DNA of 63,855 nucleotides, the filler included, from Cercozoa sp. M6MM (lineage: Eukaryota; Protista; Endomyxa: Ascetosporea): NCBI GenBank assembly GCA_040357565.1. It is 11 parts of 11 records of this genome, joined end to end, with 100 filler letters (N's around TTAATTAATTAA, not from the genome) between each part and the next. Parts side by side here need not be neighbours in the genome. Positions count along the whole stretch, not along the records: positions 24,507 to 27,114 come from JBDODJ010001734.1; positions 27,215 to 32,039 come from JBDODJ010001041.1; positions 32,140 to 37,976 come from JBDODJ010000838.1; positions 38,077 to 44,600 come from JBDODJ010000728.1; 7 more parts are not named here. One strand, written 5' to 3'. Position 1 is the stretch's first letter, and every line of letters starts with the position of its first letter. The notes under the pieces are model-generated. The model searched no databases and was not told the origin of the DNA. It saw only the letters and a list, made by a program, of their open reading frames with translations. This document shows, piece after piece, positions 25,126-39,094 of this stretch. Position numbers and translations under genes: made by a program.

Positions 25126-26871
25126 TCACCGGCGAATCAACGCGTCGCGTTTACCGACCGTGTACCGCCGACTTGAGGCAAAGTCTACCTGCTGTTGCTG
25201 CGTGCGGGAGGTGCTGGAGGCGGTGCCCCCGTGGGACCACCGGCCGTCGGAGCGAACTGCGGCATGCCTAGCTGCTGCATGTTGCCAGGTGCGCCACGCG
25301 GTGCCGTCACAGGCAGCTGCACCGTGCCAGGCGGCATGTTGTGGCCAGGCAGTCCGTGTCCCGGCATGGGAGGCATGCCCTGTAAATACATGTTTGTATA
25401 GGATATATATATACATGTGTATATATGTGTATATGTGCATATGCACGGACATAGATAGCGTGTATAGTACAGAGGGGAAACGCACCTGCAGCAGAGGCTG
25501 CGGCATGTGCTGTACAAATTGCGGCGGCGGCATCATCGTGTTGGTGAAGGCGGGCGACGGGTGTGTGCCGACACCTGTCGCAACATTGAAACAGTCAAAC
25601 TCAAACTCAAACACAGAGCGAGAGGCAGCGGAGGGGCAGATGGGCAGATGGGCAGATGGGCAGAGGGACAGGAGGCAAGAGGAAGGAGGATACGCAGATG
25701 GGATCCAGTACGTGTGACAGAGGGAGGCATATGCGACAGGAACCTCGCCTGCTGCTGCGGTGCTGCTTGTATCTGCTGAGTCGTCAGCTGTTGTTGTTGC
25801 TGTTGCTGTTGCTGTTGAGGCAGAGGAGGCTGCGAAGGCTGCCGCTGCCACTGCGGCACAGACGCACTCTTGCCGAGCAGGTGCGTGGCCGGCATGCCCG
25901 GAACGGCAGGCACCGCGCCTGCTCCCGGCAGTGACGACGACGCCAGGTGCACCGGCAGTGTCGGCGTCGGCAGGCCGAGGTTCATGAGCATCGGCGGCAT
26001 GGCTACATCGCTACTGCCAGTGACACTGCCGACGGTGTTGGCGTTGCTGCAGACACTGCTGCAGACACTGTTGCTACTGACACTGGCGACGACACTGGCG
26101 GCGGCACTGGCGACACCGCCGACACTGGTGCCGCTGCCGCTGCCGCTGCCGCTGCCGCCAGCGTCGCCAACCGACAGTGCGCGCGGCACGTGCTTGCTCA
26201 CACTCTTGCGCACTCGCTGTGTACCCACATAGGACAGAGGTAGGTAGGTAGGTAGGTAGGTAGGTAGGTAGGTAGGTAGGTAGGTAGGTAGGTAGGTAGG
26301 TAGGTAGGTAGGTAGGTAGAGAAATATATAGATAGCTAGCTAGCTAGATAGATAGAGATAGATAGTTAGACGGATAGATAGATAGACAGATAGATAGAGA
26401 TAAACTATATACATATATACTATAGATGGTAGACAGAGGAACCGTAGTGCGCGACAAGGCCACGTCCGACACGGAGAGGATCTGCTGCACCGTTCGTTTC
26501 GACACTGGTCTCTGTACACATGTGTATGTATATAACATACACATGTATAGTGGAGATATACGACAGCGGTACCCTGTCCATCCGCCTACGCGCACGTCCG
26601 GCAGCGTGTGTCTGTGCCTGCCGGAGGTGCTGCACCTCGCTGTTGAGCAGGTCCTCCCTCTCCTGCTGGTCGAGCACCTCACCGACCTCACCTGCAGCAG
26701 CAGTAGGCCCTGTCTGTTCTGGTTCTTGTCGTTGTTGTTGCTGTTGTTGTTGTTGTTGTTGTTGTTGGAGGAGCAGGCGCTGCACCTGCTCGAAGCGACC
26801 CTGGTGTGTCAGAGTGCGCGCCTGTCGAAACAGTTTCGCCGTTTCGCTCGTTTCGGCCGTGCGCTGTGTCT
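25126..26871 (-). CDS. Hypothetical low-complexity (Q/P/S/G-rich) protein, 3' part
   Basis: Exon-like blocks (TQRTAETSETAK...QQQQ; VGTQRVRKSV...; PSPAFTNTMMPPPQF; GMPPMPGHG) flanked by GT/AG and by microsatellite introns. Confidence 0.55.
26239..26318. repeat. (GGTA)n tetranucleotide microsatellite, intronic
   Basis: About 20 perfect GGTA units, followed by degenerate GATA/TA repeats. Confidence 0.95.
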
Positions 26872-27036
26872 GCAGGGCACACACACAAATGCACATACAC
26901 GTACGTATCATATCATATCTAATATATATATATATGCATATATATATATATGCATATAGATAAATATATATACGTGCAAATCCTCTCGTATATTAAGACA
27001 TATATATATATGCATGCACTTTATCTATAGGTGCAT

Positions 27037-27100
<64 letters not shown>

Positions 27101-27214
27101 ACAGACACACAGTCNNNNNNNNNNNNNNNNNNNNNNNNNNNNNNNNNNNNNNNNNNNNTTAATTAATTAANNNNNNNNNNNNNNNNNNNNNNNNNNNNNN
27201 NNNNNNNNNNNNNN

Positions 27215-27263
<49 letters not shown>

Positions 27264-27279
27264 ACCAATATGGTCAACA

Positions 27280-30076
<2,797 letters not shown>

Positions 30077-30271
30077 CCATGCAATTCCACAGCAAGCACG
30101 CTAAATTGCGGCGATATTGCAGTTCATGAAACGCCGAAATAATATTGATGACAACTTGGAAACCGACTATTATTCTTGATAAACCCGAAAACGCGTGCCG
30201 CACTTTAGTAGTGCGCAGAGGCGTGTTTACACGGTGTTTTTGTCGCTGGGTACATTCGGTGCTGCTCTGGC

Positions 30272-31341
30272 ATGACTTCGTTTTTGATCGAGCGTGAGCG
30301 ATGCTTCTTGCAACCGCGCGGCGAGTGCAAGTATCTGACCACGCCCACAGCCGAGCAATACTTGCCTACGCACGAGCAAGACAAGTTCTTTCTAACACCG
30401 GTGACAGCGGCTGGTCTGCCGGAGAAAACACACGCAACATTCCTTGTTTCAGGTATTTTGCCTTTGTTTCTGCTCTATATTGCTTCGAGTTGCTTTGTTG
30501 CTTGTACAGCAGAGCACAAATATGACGAAGCCGCGCAAGTAAACCCCTCGGTTTCGGTGGAGCAAGCGTCGTCGACACCGAGTGATCAGAAAAAAGTTCA
30601 GTTGCCGCTTCGCCCTGTTTACGTCTACTCGGACGAGGACAGAAAAGAGGCCGAAGAAGAACAAGAACAGAGTTCACATTACAGCACCAGCAAGTTCAAG
30701 CTGAAGCAAGTGCTTGGAACTAAGTACTTTTGTTTTTTTCCTTTTGTCTACATGACCAAGACTTCAAATTACAGGGACGAACACTCCGAACTGAAAGCTG
30801 CGCTTCGAAACATGTTCCCACCTTTGTGTTTTTTGCCTTTGAGTTGGAATGAATGAAAATTGTGCGCTCCAGGGGACTGACTCGCTCGCAAGCAATGCGG
30901 GCGCTTAAAGCGGTTAACTACAGCAGCGCCAACGACGCTGCGAACTGGCACTTCGCTAACGGCGGCGGAAGTTCCGCCCACAATGGCAGCAGCAACAACA
31001 ACGCTTCACGCCGGCCACGCAAGCCGAACTCAGTCTGCGTCTGGTTCCTTGCTAGCTCAAGCACATTTGTCGTGTTACACGGTTGTTTAAACTTGTACAG
31101 GATCGAAGGCAGCGGCTGGTACGACCCACGTCTTCCAAATGGCTACGCTATGCAGCGTCATGGCGGCAAGCCCTACTTCATCAACCACGTGAAACGCACT
31201 ACAAGCTGGGACGATCCCCGGCCGTTACCTCGAGGCTTTCGAAAGCAAGGCAAGTTTTTCCGGACGCCGCAAGGCAACAGGACGAAAATCGATCCACGCC
31301 CTGCTGTACAGCCTGGCACCACCGACTTCCACAAAGTGTGA
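30272..31341 (+). CDS. UBA + WW domain protein
   Basis: Spliced LRNM|GLTRSQAMRALKAVNYSSANDAANWHF (UBA). LPNGYAMQRHGGKPYFINHVKRTTSWDDPR (WW), followed by a degenerate second WW-like unit ending DPRP. Confidence 0.8.
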
Positions 31342-32185
31342 AACCACCTTGCATGCATGATCATCGCTGAAAATCCTAAAATCGTCGATAGTACGCGCGA
31401 AAGTTATTGTACCATAATACTACGTGGCAGTGTCATGTTCAGTCTACACCCTCCGCTCCGAATTGAGAACCGTCACCAGATACGCTTAAGAACGCGTCGG
31501 GCACTTTGGTAGTGTCAAAACTGTGTTAGCACAACCACACCACGCAGGGAATCTGTCTGGACCCACCCTCTGCGAGCACAATGACAACCCACAAGACTGT
31601 GATTATTGTGCGTCATGCACAATCCGAGTACAATCTTGCAATGCGCACCGCTGCAACGTACATTGGCTTCACAAACATGAAATGCATGCATTCAATGCTC
31701 ATACAGGTGGTTCAAGTTCGACTTTTGGAAGCGCGGCTTTGACCCGTTCATCGTTGATCCGGAACTCAGCGACGTTGGCCTGTACCGCGCTTCTGTTTTC
31801 TATGAGCGCAGCATGTGGTTGATTTTGTACAGTCGGCAAACAGCCGAAGCACGCGACTTTGTTGAGACTTCAAACTTTCTTGAAACTCTAGTAACTTGTC
31901 GATACTACTTTTGTGTCGATACGCAAGACTGAGGTTGTATTTCTGCCGGACGGTAGGAAGTAGAGTCGATCGTCGTTTCACCCTTGCGCAGAGCGTTGCA
32001 GACCGCACATGCTCTGTTTCCTCAGGTTCGTTTTTTTTTNNNNNNNNNNNNNNNNNNNNNNNNNNNNNNNNNNNNNNNNNNNNTTAATTAATTAANNNNN
32101 NNNNNNNNNNNNNNNNNNNNNNNNNNNNNNNNNNNNNNNGTCTCTCCTTTCCCTTACTGATTGGGCCATTGAGCCGCAGTAACAT

Positions 32186-32203
32186 TGGTGGAGAATTCGC
32201 GGG
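32186..32203 (+). promoter_or_regulatory. Primer binding site, probably for tRNA-Ala
   Basis: TGGTGGAGAATTCGCGGG lies one base after the LTR-terminal CA. TGGTGGAGA is complementary to the ...UCUCCACCA 3' end typical of tRNA-Ala. Confidence 0.75.
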
Positions 32204-32260
32204 TTTTCGAGTTCTTGGCGACCAAGCCTGCTTCAAAGAAAATTCTGAGAGAAAAAGACA

Positions 32261-35200
32261 ATGTCAAAATCAACACAAGGTTCGGTGAAAATGGAGCAAC
32301 TCCATCACGATGATTCTGGCTCTGAAGCGTCCTCGCATTCCATTGAAAATCGCTTTGACGAAATGTTTGAACTGATTCATAAATTGGCAGACGCCAACGA
32401 ACAACGTTTTGCGAAGCTCGAACAGTCTCTCGTCACCAGAGAAGAGATGCAAAAGTTCAGCCAGGACATGTCGGATCAAATTGGAGCTCGGTTCAAGGAG
32501 TTGGAAAAATCTCATGAAGACCTAAAAGAACGTCAATCACGATCAGCTTCACCGATTTTTGAAACGCAGGAGCACGAGGAACTCTTGGAAAAACTTCTTG
32601 AACGAGAACGCTGTAGGCAACAAGCGAATGCCAAGATGGTGGACGAAGATCCAGAACGACTTGAACAGGACGAAATTCGTCTGTCTACGTGGACCTTAGC
32701 GCCTCAGCTACGACACAGTATCATCGACAGCCTCACTGTTCCACCGACGTCATTTGACTTCGAAGAAGGCATTTTGGGACGAAAGGATATGACAATCCCA
32801 CTTAAACTGTCATATCAAGCTCTCGATGAAGTTATGAGAACTTTCGACCCGTTCACGATTGAAGGCTCTCAACGCCCTTTGTCTGACTTATTCAAGTACA
32901 CGGCAAGATTCGTTGAGTTGGTCAAACGTGACCCAACCATCTGCGAACTGTCAGTTGAACAGTTGATGATACGTTTCCTTCGAAAGCTCCAAGGCGCGCA
33001 GTACTCCATGTTGACCACTTCTTACTATGCAAAGTGCCAAAAGGACGATAATCGAACTTTCGTCATTTCGTTTTCGACCTTCCTGGAGCACGTGAAATCC
33101 GCACTGTTCCATTCGCACAACATTATTGCTGAAGCTCACCAACACTGGAACGACTTGAAATTCACGTCGAACTTCATCTCCGTTGAAGCGTTTGCGGCGG
33201 AATACTGCCACCGGAAACACTTTTATGAGACGGTGCACCCTGAGGGACGGCTGCCTCAGTTCTCGGAATACACGAAATTAAGACGTATGTTGCCTACGTC
33301 CTTGCGCGAGGCATTTGACTTGGAATTCCGAAAATTGCGCACGGGAAATTCTTCGATGGACTACAGTCTCAAATTCTGTTTCCTTTGTGTTCAAATCGCT
33401 TTTGACACAGTGGGAAGAGGCTGTAGACCTCCTCGTCAAAATGAACGAAAGGAAGTTGTGACTCGAAAGCAGTCAAAAAGACAAGAAGCTCATGTTTTGT
33501 CGGAGCCGGCAAGGTTGCCTTGCCCAGCCTGTCGAGGAAATCACGACCTGAGTCGGTGTTGGAACTTCTTTCCCGACAATGCTCCAATCAGACTTCGTGC
33601 GATGTTTCGCGAAAGACACCATCGTTTGCAACAGTTTCTAGACGAAATTCGTACAACAGGACGAAAGTCGCAACCGATTGCTTCGAAGGAGGTCGTCAGA
33701 GAGGCACCTGTCGCGCATTACACGAAACAAGAAGCGAAGTCGCTTCAAGAACAGGATATCGTGACTTCTACGAATGCTTTCCGAGCCACTTTCGGTTCTT
33801 CCTCAAGTCAAAACCAAGAACAACAACAGTCAGTTCTTTTTGACACGGGAGCCAGAGTGACGCATTGGGACATTCTACTTGAAAAGGGCTCTTACGAACT
33901 GCTTCGAAACACAGACAGAGTCATTCGTTACTCTCCTTTGCCCAAAGAGAGCGTTTCTGTGATTCGAGTGGGAGGAGACCATCACGGAAGTCCGAACCAG
34001 ATGAAAGTCTTGGGTCAGCTTGACACGACAATGACCGTTCAAACACTTCAAGGCGAAGAAGTGAAGCTACCTGTGAAATGCGCTGTTGTGAAAAATTTGA
34101 ATGCTGCTCAAGACGCGCTCGCCACAACTCGTTTCCAGAGTCGTTTCCTCGTGTCGTGTAACTGCCCAGAAAGAAAAGGTGACTGCTTCACGCTTTCATT
34201 CAAGAAGCCGTGCTGCTTCTCGCTACCGCTTATGGATGAAAAACCATCCTATGATTCGAAAGCAACCTCTCTGTACGCACTGCGACTTTTGCCTATCGCG
34301 GCGGCAGTCTGTGATGTTCCACGTTCTATAACGGTTCCTCCGAAAAACGTTGTGAATGTGCCCTTCAAAATTCATTTGCCGAGTTCCAAAAGCAAGTTTC
34401 CGAGTACGGCAGACACGCTGACCTTCCAGCCTGACTCAATGTTCATGCGAGCTGCTCACTCCATCGTTTTGTCAGACGACAACATCTCGATGAACATGTT
34501 GTTTCCGGTTCCAGAAGATGCAAACGCCACGATAGCGTTGCCACTTCTAAACAACTCGGGGAAACACTTGACGTTGGAGAACGGCACTGATGTTGGCACA
34601 GTTCAAGCTTTCTTCCTCGAAGATCATGAAATGTTGCGAAATTCATCAGACAGTTCTGTTCCGGATGATAAGAGCGCCAATGAACTTTTCGACCAAGCGT
34701 TTTCCATACTGCCAGCTGAGATCACTTTCGAGATGTCCGAGAGAGAGCAGGCGCAGTTCCAAGAAGACATGACAGTTTCGCGTGAAAGGTGCGAGAAAGA
34801 CCCAGACTGGCTCGCAGACTACTTGGATGGAATCTCAGAAAGTGCAAAGGTCGAGGTCGGATCCCATCTGACACCTGAAGAGAAGTTCCTCGCAACAACT
34901 CTCCTCACGCAGTTTGGCGACTGCTTTTCACACCCAAGAACAGCGTATATTCACCCAATCAGCATTCAGTTACGTGAAAATGCGCAACCAGGCATCACAA
35001 AACCACGGCATCGGGCACCACACGTTGAGGCTAAGGCGGATGAACTTTTTGACCAATACCTGAAAGAAGGAGTCGTTCGCTACATCCACAGTCCTTGGCT
35101 AAGCGAAATGGTGTACGTCTTGAAAAGCGATGGAAGTATTCGTGCCTGTACGGATTATTCGGTTTACGTCAATGCACAATCGAAAAGCTACAGCTGCTCA

Positions 35201-37951
35201 ATTCCACGTTCAAAAGACATCTTTGCCGCACTGAGCGATTTCCGCATTCTACTCCGTCTTGACGCGACGCGAGGCTTTTGGCAGCTCCCAATTTCGAAAG
35301 CTGCTCAAGAAGTGTTCGCTTTCAGGACTCGAAAGGGAGTATTGACTTGGACTCGTCTACCATTTGGTTGGGTCAACAGCCCGATGGTCTTCCAACAAAA
35401 GATGAATGAAATGTTCTCTGACATGATTTGGAAGTTTCTTTTCATCTACATTGACGATTTCATTGCAGGCGCTTCGAGCCTCCAACAGCTTCTCGCGCGA
35501 GCTGCTCTGATTTTTGCACGGTGTAGACGATACCGCCTTCGATTGAATCCAACAAAATGTGCCATTGCAGTCCTATCGACGACAATGTTGGGTTTCAAAG
35601 TCGATTGCAAAACTGGTGTTCGCACGCCTTTGGAAAAGGGGGTGATGGCTGTCAAGAACTTACTTCCGGCTACGAATAAGTCTCAAGTGCGACACATCTT
35701 GGGAATGGCAGGCTTCTTCCGCGAGTTCATACCAAACTTCGCTGAGATCACATGCCCTTTGGTGGAACTTCTGCGCAACAGTACGCCCTTCATCTGGGAC
35801 GAAGAACAGCAACGTGCGCTCGATGCTCTAAAAACTGCCATGTCATCTGCTCCTGCCCTTGCCCTTCCTCGAAGCGATTTGACCTTTTATGTGTTGTTCG
35901 ATGCAAGCGACACAAGCGCAGGCTATGCTCTTCTTCAAAAGCACGAAGACAGCCGATATCACGTGTGCTCCTTCGGCTCCCGAAAGTTCAATTCAACACA
36001 ACAAAACTGGCCGATAGAAGAGAAAGAACTATTTGCTTTTGTGACTGCTTGTCGAGACCACCGCTCTGTTCTGATAATGAAGCCCTTCATTGCTGTCACG
36101 GACAACCGAAATCTGACCTATTTGCCTTTGCGAAATACCTCGAAGCTGCGGCGCTGGGTGGTTGAGCTGAACGAATTTCAGTACCAGTTGGTACACGTTC
36201 CGGGCAAGTACAACTCAATCGCAGACGCATTGTCACGATACCCAATCGACTCTGACTACTTTTCCGAGATGGAATCGTTGCCAAACTTCGGCGAAAAACA
36301 AAACACGCTAGACGAAAGTGCATGTCTCGAACTGTCGACAGCAGCTCCAAAACAAGAAGACCTGTTCCAGCTACCGTCAGCCTCAGAATACCAGCAGCAG
36401 CAGGAAAATGACATTCTTTTCGGCCCTTTGGTGAAATACCTGCAAAAGCCCCAATCAGAGAACTTGGAACAAATCCATTCGACTTTGCAACCGCGGGTGT
36501 CGCGCTTCAGTCTTCAGAAAGAGACCAATGTCCTCTTATATCGGAACGACAGTGACGTTGTTGTCCGAGTCGTTCCTCAAGGGCTTCAGCACACGGTGTT
36601 GCACTTCCATCATGACTCGCCTGTAGGTGCCCATGTAGGGAACCCGAAACTACTTGGACTCTTGCAAAGACGTTACTGGTGGCCGACAATGCAAAGGGAT
36701 GCTCGTGACTTTGTCAAAACTTGCTTTCTGTGTGCTCAGCAAAAGGCGCACCAGGGCAAGAAATCAGTTCCACTAACAGCTTTCTTTGCGACAAAACCAT
36801 TCGAAATCGTTGCATTCGATCTCATCGGTCCGCTCCCTCCAACAGAAGAAGAAAACACTTGGCTTCTAGTCGTCGTTGACAAATTCACACGGTTCATTGA
36901 AATTGTGCCACTCAAGAACTCTGAGGCGTCGTCGGTCGCTCATGTTCTTCTTCCAATCTTCTTGCGATTTGGCATTCCAGAAAGCACGCTATCAGATCGA
37001 GATCCACGCTTTTTGTCTGAAGTCTTTCAAGAAATGCAACGTGTTCTCAAGATCAAGAAGCTGCTGACAACTGCATACCATCCACAGTGCAACGGCACTA
37101 CTGAACGAGTGAATCGATTCATTGGAGTGGCCTTGTCTCTGTTGACGCGACAGTTCAAGATGATGGACAACTGGGAACGCTTTGCCCCACTCATCGCATT
37201 TGCGTACAATGCCACAGTTCATTCTTCGACGAAGTACACTCCTTTTGAACTCATGTTTGGCCGAAAACCGCGATATCCCACGGAAGAACGCAATGAGAGA
37301 AAATATCACGCAACAACGGACGTGACAAAGGACTCAAAGAAGTACTTCACCAACGTGCGACGTATACTACACCGCTTGCGCCGACTCGCCGATGTGCACC
37401 AACGAGAACAAGCAAAGGTCTACGCACCCGATCAAAGCTCTGAGGAACAACTTGTTGCATATGGAGCTGGCGACCTCGTCTGGTTCAATGTCTCGAAAGT
37501 GCCGCCTCCAGTTGGACAACCACGTGGCACAAAGAAGTTTCTTCCACGTTGGTCAGGACCCTGGATAGTCGTGGAGCGACTGAACAAGGGACTAAACTAC
37601 CGTTTGAAGCATCAAGAGAGCCATGAAGAACGCATTGTCAACGTCCGCACCTTAAAACCTTACTTCGGCGTTGACTACTCTCGCGTGCGAAAACAAACAT
37701 CCACACGACCTGCAGAGCAGACAAAAACATTGACGTTTCCTCGTATCAGCGACAAACGGCTCAACACCGACGCACCGGCTGAATATCTTGTGCAATTCGA
37801 TGCTGAGACTTCGGAGTGGCTTACCGAAGATTTTCTCAGCCGCTCCTTGTTGAAACAATTCGAAAAACAACAAAAAGAAGCTCGTCGCGCTCGAAAAACC
37901 CTGCGACAACAAGCTTCGGAGGGGCGAGATGTTACTGCACATTTTCAGTAA
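32261..37951 (+). CDS. Single-ORF Gag-Pol polyprotein, 1896 aa
   Basis: Zn knuckle CPACRGNHDLSRC, protease LFDTGA, RT LDATRGFWQ / LPFG / YIDD, RNase H FDAS...EKEL...TDN...ADALSR, integrase HHD..H..CFLC / FDLIGP / SDRD / TERVNR, GPW module, and a degenerate chromodomain-like tail. Confidence 0.97.
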   Translation: MSKSTQGSVKMEQLHHDDSGSEASSHSIENRFDEMFELIHKLADANEQRFAKLEQSLVTREEMQKFSQDMSDQIGARFKELEKSHEDLKERQSRSASPIFETQEHEELLEKLLERERCRQQANAKMVDEDPERLEQDEIRLSTWTLAPQLRHSIIDSLTVPPTSFDFEEGILGRKDMTIPLKLSYQALDEVMRTFDPFTIEGSQRPLSDLFKYTARFVELVKRDPTICELSVEQLMIRFLRKLQGAQYSMLTTSYYAKCQKDDNRTFVISFSTFLEHVKSALFHSHNIIAEAHQHWNDLKFTSNFISVEAFAAEYCHRKHFYETVHPEGRLPQFSEYTKLRRMLPTSLREAFDLEFRKLRTGNSSMDYSLKFCFLCVQIAFDTVGRGCRPPRQNERKEVVTRKQSKRQEAHVLSEPARLPCPACRGNHDLSRCWNFFPDNAPIRLRAMFRERHHRLQQFLDEIRTTGRKSQPIASKEVVREAPVAHYTKQEAKSLQEQDIVTSTNAFRATFGSSSSQNQEQQQSVLFDTGARVTHWDILLEKGSYELLRNTDRVIRYSPLPKESVSVIRVGGDHHGSPNQMKVLGQLDTTMTVQTLQGEEVKLPVKCAVVKNLNAAQDALATTRFQSRFLVSCNCPERKGDCFTLSFKKPCCFSLPLMDEKPSYDSKATSLYALRLLPIAAAVCDVPRSITVPPKNVVNVPFKIHLPSSKSKFPSTADTLTFQPDSMFMRAAHSIVLSDDNISMNMLFPVPEDANATIALPLLNNSGKHLTLENGTDVGTVQAFFLEDHEMLRNSSDSSVPDDKSANELFDQAFSILPAEITFEMSEREQAQFQEDMTVSRERCEKDPDWLADYLDGISESAKVEVGSHLTPEEKFLATTLLTQFGDCFSHPRTAYIHPISIQLRENAQPGITKPRHRAPHVEAKADELFDQYLKEGVVRYIHSPWLSEMVYVLKSDGSIRACTDYSVYVNAQSKSYSCSIPRSKDIFAALSDFRILLRLDATRGFWQLPISKAAQEVFAFRTRKGVLTWTRLPFGWVNSPMVFQQKMNEMFSDMIWKFLFIYIDDFIAGASSLQQLLARAALIFARCRRYRLRLNPTKCAIAVLSTTMLGFKVDCKTGVRTPLEKGVMAVKNLLPATNKSQVRHILGMAGFFREFIPNFAEITCPLVELLRNSTPFIWDEEQQRALDALKTAMSSAPALALPRSDLTFYVLFDASDTSAGYALLQKHEDSRYHVCSFGSRKFNSTQQNWPIEEKELFAFVTACRDHRSVLIMKPFIAVTDNRNLTYLPLRNTSKLRRWVVELNEFQYQLVHVPGKYNSIADALSRYPIDSDYFSEMESLPNFGEKQNTLDESACLELSTAAPKQEDLFQLPSASEYQQQQENDILFGPLVKYLQKPQSENLEQIHSTLQPRVSRFSLQKETNVLLYRNDSDVVVRVVPQGLQHTVLHFHHDSPVGAHVGNPKLLGLLQRRYWWPTMQRDARDFVKTCFLCAQQKAHQGKKSVPLTAFFATKPFEIVAFDLIGPLPPTEEENTWLLVVVDKFTRFIEIVPLKNSEASSVAHVLLPIFLRFGIPESTLSDRDPRFLSEVFQEMQRVLKIKKLLTTAYHPQCNGTTERVNRFIGVALSLLTRQFKMMDNWERFAPLIAFAYNATVHSSTKYTPFELMFGRKPRYPTEERNERKYHATTDVTKDSKKYFTNVRRILHRLRRLADVHQREQAKVYAPDQSSEEQLVAYGAGDLVWFNVSKVPPPVGQPRGTKKFLPRWSGPWIVVERLNKGLNYRLKHQESHEERIVNVRTLKPYFGVDYSRVRKQTSTRPAEQTKTLTFPRISDKRLNTDAPAEYLVQFDAETSEWLTEDFLSRSLLKQFEKQQKEARRARKTLRQQASEGRDVTAHFQ
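37918..37929 (+). promoter_or_regulatory. Polypurine tract
   Basis: GGAGGGGCGAGA immediately before the TG of the 3' LTR. Confidence 0.8.
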
Positions 37952-38124
37952 TCATTGCTCTGACTCGTCCGCGTGGNNNNNNNNNNNNNNNNNNNNNNNN
38001 NNNNNNNNNNNNNNNNNNNNTTAATTAATTAANNNNNNNNNNNNNNNNNNNNNNNNNNNNNNNNNNNNNNNNNNNNATATATATATATATACATAGACAC
38101 ACACACACACACACAAAGAACGAC

Positions 38125-38779
38125 CTACGGTACTGACTGAACCAGTCGTCACTCTCGGTGGACTGCGCCGCCTTCTCCTCTATGTCGGTACATACTATAA
38201 GTACCCCTCCCCATGCACAGAGGGTACCTTCGACAAGCTTGTCCACATTGGCGATGATCTCGTCCAGTTGCACTCCAAGCGACTCCTGTCAGACAAAACT
38301 GAAGGTGCAACATGCCTCCAGTAGTACACACACACGGCCCTACCGCAGTGGCACGGAACTCCTCCTGTGCCGACGCCAGCACACGCACGTGCGCGTCGTT
38401 AAAGTCGCCAGTTTCTTTACATTTCACATGTGCAGACACTCAAACACAACCGTCGTTCTCAATGTTACCTCCCGGGAAGGCCGTGGCATGACGCCACACA
38501 TCGACTACACAGGCAACAGTTAGTTAGTTGGTGGCATCTTTATATTTTGGTCAAGACAAAACACCAATACCCCCAGAGCCGGCATTCGTCGCTGGGAACG
38601 CGTCCAGCAAACGCGCAATGTTCGCGCGGTCTTCGGTCGATCGGGCCTGCGGTGCTTACAGTGTTTCATTTGAAAAGAAAGCAAGAGTTGTTTACGCGAA
38701 GTGAGAAGACGCTTGAATTCTCCGATGCATCGGCGCTGCCGGCGAGCGCGAGTGAAGCCACTACGGCCGTGAACAGCAT
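38125..38779 (-). CDS. Secreted M14 zinc procarboxypeptidase (signal + activation peptide), 3'-truncated
   Basis: MLFTAVVASLALAGSADA (signal) ...VFSLR|ARSTEDRANIARLL...VDVWR...AHVRV...EEF...LGVQLDEIIANVDKLVE|DIE...DWFSQYR matches the carboxypeptidase A/B pro-segment and the F..Y start of the mature enzyme. The catalytic motifs are not in the contig. Confidence 0.68.
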
Positions 38780-39094
38780 GGTTTGTCTGCAGGGCGTACA
38801 GCTACTGCACAGCTGCTCAGCAAAAGAAATGATGTTAATCCGAGCGATCAGCGGATCGAGAGATCATTTTTCGAGAGCGCAGTTCTGAATTCATGTTGTT
38901 CAAGAACTGGGAATATTCGAGCTCAACTTCTCCATATACAGCTCCACGACCTCACGCAGTGTAGGTGTATTCCGCCGACGTAGTTTTAGTTTGAGACACC
39001 GCAGCGGTACTCTAGGCCACGGCAGCGAATTTATTATCTCCTCGTTTTTTCTGCTGTGTTCCTTCGCGAATAAGTGTGCGTGTGTGGCGTAGAG

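Larger units (their letters stand above)
32140..37976 (+). mobile_element. Ty3/Gypsy LTR retrotransposon with intact internal region; both LTRs cut by contig ends
   Basis: 5' LTR ends ...GCAGTAACA (32184) and 3' LTR begins TGTTACTGC (37930), a perfect 9-bp terminal inverted repeat. PBS and PPT are adjacent. Domain order is PR-RT-RH-IN. Confidence 0.97.
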
